A DNA stretch of 63,148 nucleotides, filler included, from Cercozoa sp. M6MM (Eukaryota > Protista > Endomyxa: Ascetosporea), in NCBI GenBank assembly GCA_040357565.1. It is 8 parts of 8 records of this genome, joined end to end, with 100 filler letters (N's around TTAATTAATTAA, not from the genome) between each part and the next. Parts side by side here need not be neighbours in the genome. Positions count along the whole stretch, not along the records: positions 1 to 25,900 come from JBDODJ010000153.1; positions 26,001 to 35,832 come from JBDODJ010000464.1; positions 35,933 to 41,912 come from JBDODJ010000816.1; 5 more parts are not named here. The stretch is one strand, 5' to 3'. Every line of letters begins with the position of its first letter. The stretch's first letter is position 1. Below the pieces are notes generated by a model. That model ran no database searches and was not told the DNA's origin. It saw nothing but the letters and a program-made list of their open reading frames with translations. Shown one piece after another: positions 23,144 through 35,964 of this stretch. The translations under genes and the position numbers were made by a program.

Positions 23144-23662
23144 ATGCACGTGATGCGCCTGTTTCTTCTCGCCGTGATTGGCCTTATCGCGGCAGTGGTG
23201 GGTTAACAAAATCTTGTTTTGTGTCGTGATGATGTTGTGATTTTGTAGAGCGTGACAAACGCCCAGTACAACTGTTGCTGCCTCGGTGTTAAGTACCCGG
23301 CCCCTGGTTGGACGAAGCGATGCGCTTCCGGTATACGTTACCTCTGTGTCTGTGTCGGTGTCGGCCAGTATCTGTGTGTGTGCCAGTATCTGTCTGTGTG
23401 TTTGCTTTGTGACATTATGGTGAATTGAATTTTAGGTGGCCGGTGCAACACGAAATTGGGAGACACAGCTAGCTGTGACATTTGCTGTCGACCCGGGTAT
23501 TCTGCGGAGTGCTCATGTCAGGTACATCCATTTTATGACATGCAGTTGGTCAAACCAAGATGGTTTAAATGCGCATCGTACCGTGATGTTTGACAGAGGA
23601 CGGGTAACCGTCAGTACACGACTGCCGTGTGCCGTTGCGTGAACATGATGAGCGAATATTAG
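23144..23662 (+). CDS. Small secreted cysteine-rich protein B (95 aa, 12 Cys, 4 exons), paralog of A
   Basis: Exons 23144-23197, 23249-23330, 23436-23521, 23597-23662 give MHVMRLFLLAVIGLIAAVSVTNAQYNCCCLGVKYPAPGWTKRCASGGRCNTKLGDTASCDICCRPGYSAECSCQRTGNRQYTTAVCRCVNMMSEY*. Confidence 0.82.
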
Positions 23663-23835
23663 AGCCGATTGCTACTGTACCTATTTGGTGGAGATTTTCG
23701 TTTGCGTTAGCCTCAATTACGTTACTAGTACTCGACTACGTGACGCTATCGTCGCCGGTTGGTCGAATACGGACAACAGCATAGGGGTGGCAGCCGTAGT
23801 TCACCGCCCGCTTTAGGTGGGCTATCAATCCAACT

Positions 23836-23867
23836 CCCCTTTTATAGTTCCCCAGGACATCTTTAAG
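23836..23867 (-). mobile_element. Second copy of the retroelement PPT-proximal 3' end
   Basis: CCCCTTTTATAGTTCCCCAGGACATCTTTAAG resembles CCCCTTTTTTGAAGTTCTCCCGGGACATCTTCTTTAAG at 21505-21542 (direct repeat). Confidence 0.5.
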
Positions 23868-24825
23868 TTTGGTAAGCCACGTACGCAATACTCAGTTCTT
23901 TGCTGCCTCTGTCTCGTTTGATCGGGTCGATTGTCGTTAAGTTCGATCCATGCATTGAAACAACATTGATGAGCTCGAGCGAAGTCTATTACATGCGGTG
24001 GATAGACTCACTGCTCACAGCAGCTGCTGGTGGTGATTGTATAGTTCGACCGACTGGAGACTGTTGAGTGCGGTGCCGCGTTTCCAAACTTTACTGCGAG
24101 CTGGAAACAGCCAAGTACAATTGTAAAACTAAGCCAAAAGCAACACCAGTACGTTGATCAAACGGAAAAAGCAAGAAACAACGCGGTTTCTCCAAAACTC
24201 TCGATACTCAAAGCCGGAAAATATAATCGACGCAGCAGCATTGTCGATATCGATATGATGATAGTATTCAGTACTATCACAGTAAATAGCGCAACGATCG
24301 GCCGTCCACGTGTGCTTTGTGCTGGGCAAACTCCTACTGTATTGTAGTGTAAGCATCAACTTTTGGCTGTGTTGATACACTCTGGGCTACAATTGTACAT
24401 CATGAGACCATGCAAACGATTTTTACTCGAGCCCTTGCTGCCTGCCAGATCATCTGAGGAAAGGACAAAAGAAAATTGACTGGTGTGGCTCCAGTGTGTT
24501 TCTCGGCAGCTGAGGCCTGAGCGTTTCTGTTGATTTGTGATCGTTCCGTCAGGCACGTGGATCGAGTCCCTGAGAAAAAAGCAGACACGCTTGTTCTCAC
24601 CGTCGCTAGCACACACATCAAACACAAACACTGGGAAGAGCTGTCTGTCCGGCGAGTTGTTGCTGGCACTACGTTGACAGATCTTGAGCGCTTGCGCTGT
24701 CTGCTTTTGGCCGAATCGGTTTCCACACGTCACCTTGTTCGTTCATTCACCCAGTTGGCCTGCCATTTTTCCAGGGTGAGTTAGCACCCTTGAACGCCCA
24801 AAACTAAAGGATCAGACACGGGCGT

Positions 24826-25633
24826 ATGGGTGGCAGTACCAATGCAGCAAGCACACGTGCGTTTACTTTCAGTTGGGGTCTTGCTTCATGCGTGTTTTGC
24901 TTGCCGCCCACAGGCGACTCACGTCGGCAACTACACAACGAGCGAGAAAGAGAGCGCAGAAGAAAGTGTGTTTTTCTGCTGCATCAGTGTAAGTGCGTCG
25001 AAGTTTCATATGTGCAAATGTTAGTCTCGCAAAGTTGCAAGAAGAACTCGCGCATGCGTTAAATCTGCGCTTTCAGCCGCGGCAAAGTCAGCGTAGTTTC
25101 GGCTTTCACTTTAATTTTCTCTTCTACCTGCGTGTCTTGGTGTGCAGTGCTGACAGAAGCGAGCTTTGCGTTGCGTCGATTGCGAAATTTCGCCGACCAT
25201 GTGATGCTCTTTGGTGCGCGTGATTCACCGTTTTCGTGACCTGTGGTGCTTGTCTGAGTGTCAGCGCGCGCGCGCGTGTGTGTGCGTTTATGTGTGTTGT
25301 TTTTTTTTTGCAGCAAACGACTGCGGTGACAGCACGGTGTATGAGCGACTCCAGAAGATGCGTCAGCAGTACCTCAGCGAGTCGGATCTCAGCGAGCATG
25401 TGCGCACGTCGTGCTCGTCAAACGATGCCGTTACTCAGCAACCAGAGCTGTCACAGGTGCAGCCAGTTTTGCAGTGCGAACAGCAGCGAGGCGAAGTGGA
25501 CGAAAAACGCTCGCGACCGCCTCGACTCAATACCCAGCAAGTAGCTCCGATTGCAAGCAGTAACACTACCACCGACGCCAATGCCGCCGCCATCAACACC
25601 GTCACCAACAACAACAACAACAACGTCAACAAC

Positions 25634-25671
<38 letters not shown>

Positions 25672-25800
25672 CGATGGCAGCGCCGGCAATGGTGTCACCG
25701 CGGTCCCTCTCTTGCCGCAGCTACGCGCCACCATGCCGGCAGAGTGTTCCAGCACACCCACCACCGTGTTCAACGCGCAGCTCGCGTCGCCGCCCAGTCC
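24826..25800 (+). CDS. Hypothetical protein with N/S/T low-complexity region, 3' partial (possibly the 5' part of the DEP-DUF547 gene)
   Basis: MGGSTNAASTR..STVYERLQKMRQQYLSESDLSEH..poly-N/poly-S; runs into a (TG)n intron and the spacer. Confidence 0.5.
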
Positions 25801-25839
25801 GTACACTGCACTTTGTCCGCGCACTGTGCGACTCAAAGC

Positions 25840-25898
<59 letters not shown>

Positions 25899-25900
25899 CG

Positions 25901-26000
25901 NNNNNNNNNNNNNNNNNNNNNNNNNNNNNNNNNNNNNNNNNNNNTTAATTAATTAANNNNNNNNNNNNNNNNNNNNNNNNNNNNNNNNNNNNNNNNNNNN
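25901..26000. other. Artificial spacer/gap (44N + TTAATTAATTAA + 44N)
   Basis: Identical 100-nt all-frame-stop linker also at 35833-35932, 41913-42012, 46352-46451, 50418-50517, 53640-53739 and 58402-58501. Confidence 0.97.
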
Positions 26001-26035
<35 letters not shown>

Positions 26036-26052
26036 TTGGTGTACTTGCTTAG

Positions 26053-28686
26053 AGCAACTGCACCTGGATGGTGCACTGGAGGCCAAGGCGCGACAGGCGC
26101 TGGACGTGCCGTTGGAAGAACTCAATTTCCAGATCCAGGTGCCCACCGAGCAGGAGGTAGCATACTCTTGTTGTCACACACTCGACCCCAGCAACCATAC
26201 ACACAAACGCAGCTGGAAGAAGCCCGGCAGAGACGTCTGCAACGCGAGAGTACACCTGCTTGACTCTGCTTGTGCTTGTGTGTGTGTTTGTGTGTTTGTG
26301 TGTTTGTGTGTTTGTGTGTTTGTGTGTTTGTGTATGCGTGTATATGTATGCGTGTGCGTGTGCAGACGACAGACGCGAGGCTGAACAGGCAACGGCTCGT
26401 CTGGACTCTGGTAGACGGACTACCTACGAAGACGTTCGTGTTGTTTGCAGTCCGTGTTGTGTGTTACAGCCGAGAGCAGCGAGGAAGCAAAGCGACACCA
26501 CCGCATGCTTGTGTACATTGTACACGTATACACCAGCAACAGAGATATATGTCGTATGTGTCTGTGTTGGTAGCGACATGGCACACGGAGCCGAGGCACT
26601 GCTCAGCGTGTCTGCCCGTCGCTACAAACTTGTTAAGTACCTTTGTCCTACTCGCTGCTTGTTTGCTTTATTATCCTCTGCTTTTACCTTACTCGTAGGT
26701 ACAAGAAGTGCTTCTCGGGCACTGAGCTGGTTGACGCACTCTTGCAGAATGGTGTCGCTTCTTTCACTTGTCCGGGTTCAAGGGAAGGTCATTGTGTCAC
26801 AGAAGACACGCGTGAGGAACGACGTTTCACGACGCGCGAGGCTGCGATCCGGCACGGTACTTGCCGTGCGTTTTCCCATCCCCCCGTTACTTCCCTGTCC
26901 CCTAGCGGAGGAGATGCTGGAGCAGCACGTACTGCACCACGTCGCATTCGAGCAGCCCTTCGAGGACACCTCCAACTACTGGTACCGCTTCCAGGTACGT
27001 TCCTCCTTCCTCTATCTGCATGGGTCTGTGTCTGTGTGTCTGTATGTATATGTTTATGTCTATATATCTATATATATATAATAAATGTGAGTGTAGTGGC
27101 ACGCGCGCGAAGCGGGCGTCGTGCAGGCACTCAACATGGACGAAATTTACTTTGGCACGGCACGCGGCGCTGTCACTGTCGCAGATGGTACAGGGGATAA
27201 AGAGGTATAGGGGTAGGGATTTATACTGCGTGCTTGTAGACGTCCGGCGAGCGATCGATGCCTTGTACTCCAAGCACCTCTCAAGCGTACTCTGAAACTT
27301 GCCCCCTTTTTACCCGTATCCCTACCTTTCGTTCCTTAGGACGGCACGACGGTGGACTACGGTGCCATTGAAGATGTAGCCTACCTCTCTTTGTTCTGCC
27401 AAGCGTGTTTGTATATTTTTACTCGCATTGTAGTCGGCAGAGTTTGCTGCCTACCGTCTGCTGAGCACCGAGCTGCGTACTGCCATATATATATATGTTT
27501 ATATTATATATATATATATATATATACAACGCTTATATATAGTATACACATATATCTGTCATTACACTCTCTCTTGTTTGTAGAACGAGTCGATGTGGTC
27601 GGTCTGCCCAGTACGCACAAGTTTGCCTTCTGGATCAACTTGTAACTTGCTCTACCTGCTCTCCTTTTTAACCAAGACCCGTTTGTTGTAGGTACAATGC
27701 GCTGGTCGTGCATGGCACTATCGTCTTTGGTGGTAGTGTATTTACCTCCCTTCGTTGCCACTTATTAACCCCCCCCCCCCCGTCCCAGCTGCCAAATCTT
27801 CGCTGGAACGTCTCGGGTGGTTCGACAAGGTAGCTGTGGGCCGCAGTGGTTGTAGTTGCTGTTCTTTAGTCCTGTGAACAGGTGATGTACCATGTGGGCG
27901 GACATGACTACTCGCTTAACGACATCGAGCACGGCGTGCTGCGACGAAACGCGCGTATGGCGCTGCACCTGCGCCGACCCTTCCGCGGGTATGACCCCTG
28001 ACCCAATGTTAATGTTATCGACCTTGTTTGTATGCGCGCAGAAGTAACGACCCACGCATCTACTCTATGGTGCCGCGCAAGGACGCGCGTATTCACTTCG
28101 CACTCGTGTGCGGTGCGCGCTCATGTCCGCCGATCTCGCTCTTTACAGCCGAGAATGGTGCGTTTACCCCCCCCCCACCCCTACTCCCTTACACCCACAT
28201 GTCTACCCCTCGGTACAGTGGACGACGAGCTGAACGCAGCGGCGGAAGCTTTCGTCGAAGGCGAAGTCGTTGTCGACGCCGAGTCGAAAACCGTCACTAT
28301 GTCGCAGATCTTCCAATGGTACACCGCTCTTCTTTGTTGCACTGCTGGACTACTGGCATTGGTTGGGTGTGCTTCAGGTACGCTGTCGATTTCGGCAAGT
28401 CGTCACGCGACGTTCTGCGCTTCATTCTCGGCTTTGGTATGTCTGTTCATCGAGTGCAACAACATGCCTGTTGTTTGTGACCTGGAGTTTAATCTCGCAG
28501 TGCCAAGCTCGACGCCCAAGCACGAGCAGCTGCGCAGCTTGGTACTATTGGACCCTGTGTCCTGTGTTGTGCTGGAATAACACTGACTGACTTGATGTGT
28601 CCATGCAGATCGACGACGGACAGTTCACGATCAAATACGCGCCATACGATTGGACCAGCAACGACGGCAAGGTCGACAACAACTGA
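26053..28686 (+). CDS. DEP domain + DUF547 protein (5' partial)
   Basis: DEP: RRYKLVK|YKKCFSGTELVDALL..TREAAIRHG..LHHVAFEQPFEDTSNYWYRF. DUF547: VDYGAI, KFAFWINL|YNALVVHG, YSLNDIEHGVLRRN, DARIHFALVCGARSCPPI, SQIFQW|YAVDFG, YAPYDWTSN. Confidence 0.92.
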
Positions 28687-28946
28687 TCATACAGTCTGGA
28701 GCAGCTTCAGTTCTTTCAGTTCTCTGTCTATCCGTACGCATCGCGTCGCATCGTGCATGTCTATGATATCAAACTGTACGGGGCAACTCTCGTAACGTCA
28801 CAGTGCACGTGGCGATGCTTCTGTTAGTTATAAGGCCGGGCTGTGACCGGACTCAATTCAGGACTGGTACAGAGAAGCTACATAGTTGGGTTCTTCTGAA
28901 CTAACTCATGATATAAGGCGTAAGCCGCCCAGGGTGACAAGTGCGT

Positions 28947-31900
28947 CTAGGCCAGGACGCGCTGCGCCTCCTCCTTGTCGTCCGAGTAGGTGAACGCGCC
29001 GGGCACCTGGAACTGCGCACCAAAAATAAAGCAGAGATACAAGAAACGGAAACTCTGTCCTGTCGATCGTACAAAATCTACCTTGTTCTCAGGGTCGACA
29101 ACACGGTCGGCCAACTCCTTCAAAGCGGCGATCTGATCGTCCGACATAGTGAACAGACCGATGAGTTGGATGATCTGCTGGCACGAGAAGCCCCAGTTGG
29201 CCTGCACAAAAACACGTGCTGCAAACAAAGAAATAAAGACTGGACTCGGTGTTAATACCTTGGCCATGCGGAGCACGCCGAGCTTGTCGTCGCTGAAGCT
29301 TTCGGTTTCGATGCTTTGCACGATGGAGTTGAACGAGGCCGCGTCGATCGGCGTGAAGCGACTGCAGAGTGTGTGACCCATATCCATGCCGCCCATGTTC
29401 ATGCCTGCGTTGTTGTTGCTGAAGTTATTGTTGTTGTCGTTGTTGTTGAAGTTGTTGTTGTTGAAGTTGTTGTTGTTGTTGAAGTTGTTGGCGGACATGT
29501 TGACCTGCACGGAGGCATCGGCACCCGGAGGCGGCGGGCCTGCCATGGCAGCCATACCGGCCATCATGCCGTTTACCATGCCGTTCACTACAAAGATAGA
29601 CACGCATACAGTCCACAAAATCTTCTTTTATGACAACATGTACTGGCTCGCTGGTGCGCATCGAACTCGGCATCACCGGTCTCCATACACACGTTCATCT
29701 GCGGCACGCCGTTGGACACCGAGACAGAGGCGGACATGTCGGGTCCATGTTCATGTGCATACTGGAGTGCTGCTGCTGCGGCTGCTGCTGCTGCTGCACG
29801 CAAGGTTGCTGTGGTGGCTGTTGCTGCTGCACACAAGGCTGCTGCACGCAAGGTTGCTGCACGCAAGGCTGTTGAGGCTGCTGCTGCTGCACCTGAACGG
29901 TCGGAGCCTGGGTCGTCGTGACAGTGGCCGACAGGATTAGCTGTGCCTCCTCCTTGTCGGTCGAGTAGGTGAATGCACCCGGGACCTGGAACTACACACA
30001 GCAGTTAGTTAGAACAAATTCAGGAGGTGCTCATCAAAGTGCAGTACTGTACCTTGTTGGATGGGTCGGCAACACGATCGGCGAGTTCGCGCAGTGCCGC
30101 CAACTTGTCTTCGCTCATGGTGAACAGATCGATGATTTCGACGATCTGCTGGCACGCGAACGACCAGTTAGCCTGCGAAGTATCATTTGTAACATTCTAT
30201 CGTTGAGAAAACACGGTCGCGACAGAAATGTGTACCTTGGCCATCTTGAGCACACCGAGCTGGTCGTCGCTGAAGTCTTCAGCCTCGATCTGCGACTTGA
30301 TCTTGTTGAAGGTGCTCATGTCCACAGGCATGAATGCCGACTGAGTCATCGAGACTGTATGCGGCGGTTGCTGCATGCACTGCGTGTTGGAACTGCCACT
30401 GCCCGTGTGGCTGCTGCTGCTGTGGCTCGTGCTGGTCGTCGTGTTGACCGTCATGGACATACCTGCTATGGTGTTGTTCATAGCGTTCACAGCGTTCATC
30501 ACTGCACAAGCACAAGGACGGGTGTACGCATAGGTATGTATCAATGTGCAATGAGGTGTATCCGTACTCTGCTGCTGTTGCGCGTCAAAGAGAGGGTCGC
30601 CCGTTGACTGCACCTGCACTTGCACAACTGGCACTTGCGTCTGAGTCTGCATCTGATGCGCCTGTGTCTGCGTTTGCACAGGCGTCTGCTGTACCGGCGA
30701 TGGCATCTGCTGCTGCTGCTGCTGCTGCACCGGATGCGAGACCGGCATGCTGCCACTGCGTGTGGCAAAACGTACAGCAACTATTGGCACACGAGCAAGC
30801 TGCTATACCTGTTGTGGTCGACAGACAGAATGCGCTGCGCTTCTTCCTTGTCGTCAGAGAAGGTGAAGGCACCCGAGATTTGGAACTGCGGCGTTGGTGT
30901 CATGAACAGCGTCGTAGATCAAAACTACCTGACCTGTCATACCTTGTTGGACGGGTCGGCAACACGATCGGCAAGTTCGCGCAGGACTGCTAATTTATCT
31001 TCGCTCATTGAGAAAAGACCGATGATCTCAACCACTTGTTGGCACGTGAACGACCAGTTGGCCTGGGTTGCCGCTCAATAATGCTACAGGAACAGACACG
31101 GAATACCGGGAAGTAACACACCTTGGCCATCTTGAGCATGTTCAGCTGATCGTCGCTGAAGTCTTCGTCTTCGATCTGCGACTTGATCTTGTTGAAGGTG
31201 TTACCGTCCACCGGTAGCAGTGCGGAAGACTGCACACCTGCCGAGAAGGAAGTTGGGGACGACGGCGCCGGACTCTGAGCAGACGACGTCTGTGGCTGCT
31301 GCAAAACCACTGGCGACGACTGTGCCGTCAGTGACTACCTCACATAGCGATGTAGTTAAATGCACCGAAAATACAGAACACAGGCAACAAGCTACGCCGC
31401 TGCGGTACAACTGGACGCAGGTACGACAGGCGCGCTGTGGCCCAGTGTAACCCACAACAGGCAGACGTCCCATCTGACACTTGCTGCACATCAGAGTGCC
31501 GCACACGCGGCAGTGATGACGTCGCCGAAGGAAGGACCAGGCTCGCAAACAAAACGGGCACTTCCTCTGCGAGTTGTCCGGCATCCAGCGCGCGCCATGC
31601 TGTTGCCACAAACATAGAACTGTGGCCGAGCTAGCCACATTGTATCCCCTTGAACTGAACAATGCACCTTAGCTACGCCGGGGCTGGACGGACCATTGAG
31701 GCTAGTGGCCGTCGATTTGAGTTGCTGCAAACTGTTCACAGACATGCGATGTACATTAGACAAGAAAGCTACTGCTGTGAAGTCACACGAAAAAGAGCAA
31801 AGGAGCAACAATAATTGGTACACAAAACAAAACCGCGTGCTGCGCGAAATCTGCTGCTGGTGGTATTGGCACTTGTACTGTACCTGTTCATCGACACCCT

Positions 31901-32012
31901 GCGGGAACGAGTGCTGTAGCTGCGACACGAGACGTCCGTCACTGGCACGGTACTGAATAATGATATCGTTAGGATACACCCAATCTGATCGGCCGTTTGG
32001 AGCGACACTCAT
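28947..32012 (-). CDS. FYVE zinc finger + three DUF4476-like repeats separated by Q/N/M-rich linkers
   Basis: FYVE: WMPD..CPFC..RRRHHCRVCG..CSKC..RACRTC. Three repeats of type FNKIKSQIExEDFSDDQLxxLKMAK|ANWxFxCQQ..LFxMSxDKL..LADRVxDPxNK|FQVPGAFTYSDDKEEAQRIL. Exons splice in frame except for one apparent 1-nt shift near 29742. Confidence 0.85.
29770..29892 (-). repeat. Coding repeat (QQPCV)n within poly-Q
   Basis: QQQQPQQPCVQQPCVQQPCVQQQQPPQQPCVQQQQQPQQQ read in the frame of the preceding DUF4476 exon. Confidence 0.8.
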
Positions 32013-32368
32013 TTTCTATTTTTCCTCTGATTGCTACGCACAAGCAAGTGTCGCGCCGAAACTTGGATTCATTTTTCTTGAATAGACGCACCTTAGAGCG
32101 CGCCAGAACTTACCCCGCATCAGCGTTTAATATCTTGAAAGCAAACTCGTACATGAACAGGAAAATAAAACGCCTCACAAATTTTTTGATCTCAACCTGA
32201 CGACCTCTCCTTAAATTATATCAAGCAAGTCTCAGAATGAGACTGCGCCTCTGCGAGGAGCTGTAAGCGTGCGTATACGTGTGGACTCACATTGTTGCCG
32301 AACTTGCGCATGTCAGATCGTCCGCCCGGTACAGTCGTGCGAAATGATGGTTGTTGTGTGATTTCCAA

Positions 32369-34425
<2,057 letters not shown>

Positions 34426-34712
34426 GCCGTTCCAGTCCAAGTTATAGTCATCCCGCAACGAGCTTTTCTCACTACGGGCAGTGTGCGATAAGCACTACGA
34501 TCGTAAAGTTCAATTGCACCCACGACAGGAAGTTGGTCAGGACTACAGTACTATTACAGGCTCATCATTGAGCCAGTAGTCTGCCAGGCGTCGGCAGGTG
34601 CCGTGAGTGCTAGACGTGTGTAGGCGTGTGCTTTAGAGTTCTGTAGGGTCTTGCACGTATCTTGTCGCTCTGAGGTGCTGCAGGCAACAATTAGAAGCAA
34701 AAACACAACAAA

Positions 34713-35382
34713 ATGCTGCCGCTGCCCGAGTCGTTGCCGCAGCTGTTTGTTGCCGTGGCAGTTTACACAGCGGTCGGTGTGGTGTCGCTGACGTTGCTTG
34801 TGATGGCACTGCGTTTCTTGCTGACACCAGCGCACACTGTGCACAAAACGTAGCACTCCCAGTCTGCCCCCCCCCCCCCCCCCCGCTACCTATTGTGCTG
34901 GTAGGGGCGTCGTTCTGGTGACCGGTGCTGCCACTGGCATCGGTCTTGAGACGGTGCAGTTGCTGGCGCGCGAGGGTTACTCTGTATGTGCGACCATAGA
35001 CACTCTACTTGTGCAGTGTGTCTGTATGCATATACCAATGAACAGGTGATTGCGGGCTGTCTCAATGACGAGCAGAAAGGCGATGTCGAACGTGTGGCGC
35101 GCGAGACGCAGCTCGACATCACGGCGCTCCAGTTGAACATCTGCTGCAACGATGAGGCACGACTCCACTCCCTACCCTTCTGCCCCCTGCCCCTTTACCC
35201 CTTTCAATTCAGGTCAAAGCTGCGCTTGAATTCGTGAAGAACAAGTAGTGTTTACCCCCTTCACAGGGGGCATTTGTCTACCAGGCTGTGTGACTGTAGG
35301 TGTCGCGAGCAGATGCTGCCTTTCGTAGCACTTGTGAACAATGCCGCCGTCATGTCGTTCTTCCCCTTTGAGGGTGCACTCA

Positions 35383-35413
<31 letters not shown>

Positions 35414-35815
35414 GTCTGTATATGTCGCAATGTAAGTTCCTCTGCGTAGTGACTCCTGAGTCGCAGGTCAAGGCTAGTTTCGCTGTAAACTGCGAAGGCA
35501 CCTGGCGCATGACCAGGTATACGGGGTGGGGGGGGGGGGTAATGAGGGGATATAAACTTGATTGCAGCACGTTCCTGCCGCTGCTGCGTGAGCACTCGGC
35601 TCGTGTTGTCACTGTCGCCTCCGGAGCCGGTACATTTTGTCTATATGGATTGGATTAAGGGGGTGATTTGCTGTACATATAAACCTATATGTTTGACAGG
35701 CCACATTGCCTCGTCGTGTCTTGGAATCTACTCGGCCACCAAGCATGCCATTGAGGGCATGATGGACGCCTTGCGCCGCGAGATTCATGATCAGGGTGTC
35801 GCTGTGTCCATTGGT
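34713..35815 (+). CDS. Membrane-anchored short-chain dehydrogenase/reductase (RDH/17bHSD/BDH1-like), 3' partial
   Basis: N-terminal TM, VLVTGAATGIG, LVNNAA, RVVTVAS, YSATKHAIEGMMDALRRE. Confidence 0.92.
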
Positions 35816-35964
35816 ACGTTTAACCCCCCCCCNNNNNNNNNNNNNNNNNNNNNNNNNNNNNNNNNNNNNNNNNNNNTTAATTAATTAANNNNNNNNNNNN
35901 NNNNNNNNNNNNNNNNNNNNNNNNNNNNNNNNCACACACACACACACGCACGATGTCAACCTTA

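Noticed and set aside
24129-24760. Possible minus-strand Cys-containing gene
   Set aside because: No consistent spliced frame or family motif could be built; left unannotated.
25945-25956. Repeated TTAATTAATTAA palindrome flanked by N runs (7 copies)
   Set aside because: Identical 44N-12-44N layout with stops in all six frames: an artificial linker, not biology. Gene neighbourhoods across these points (e.g. FYVE protein near myotubularin) were not interpreted.
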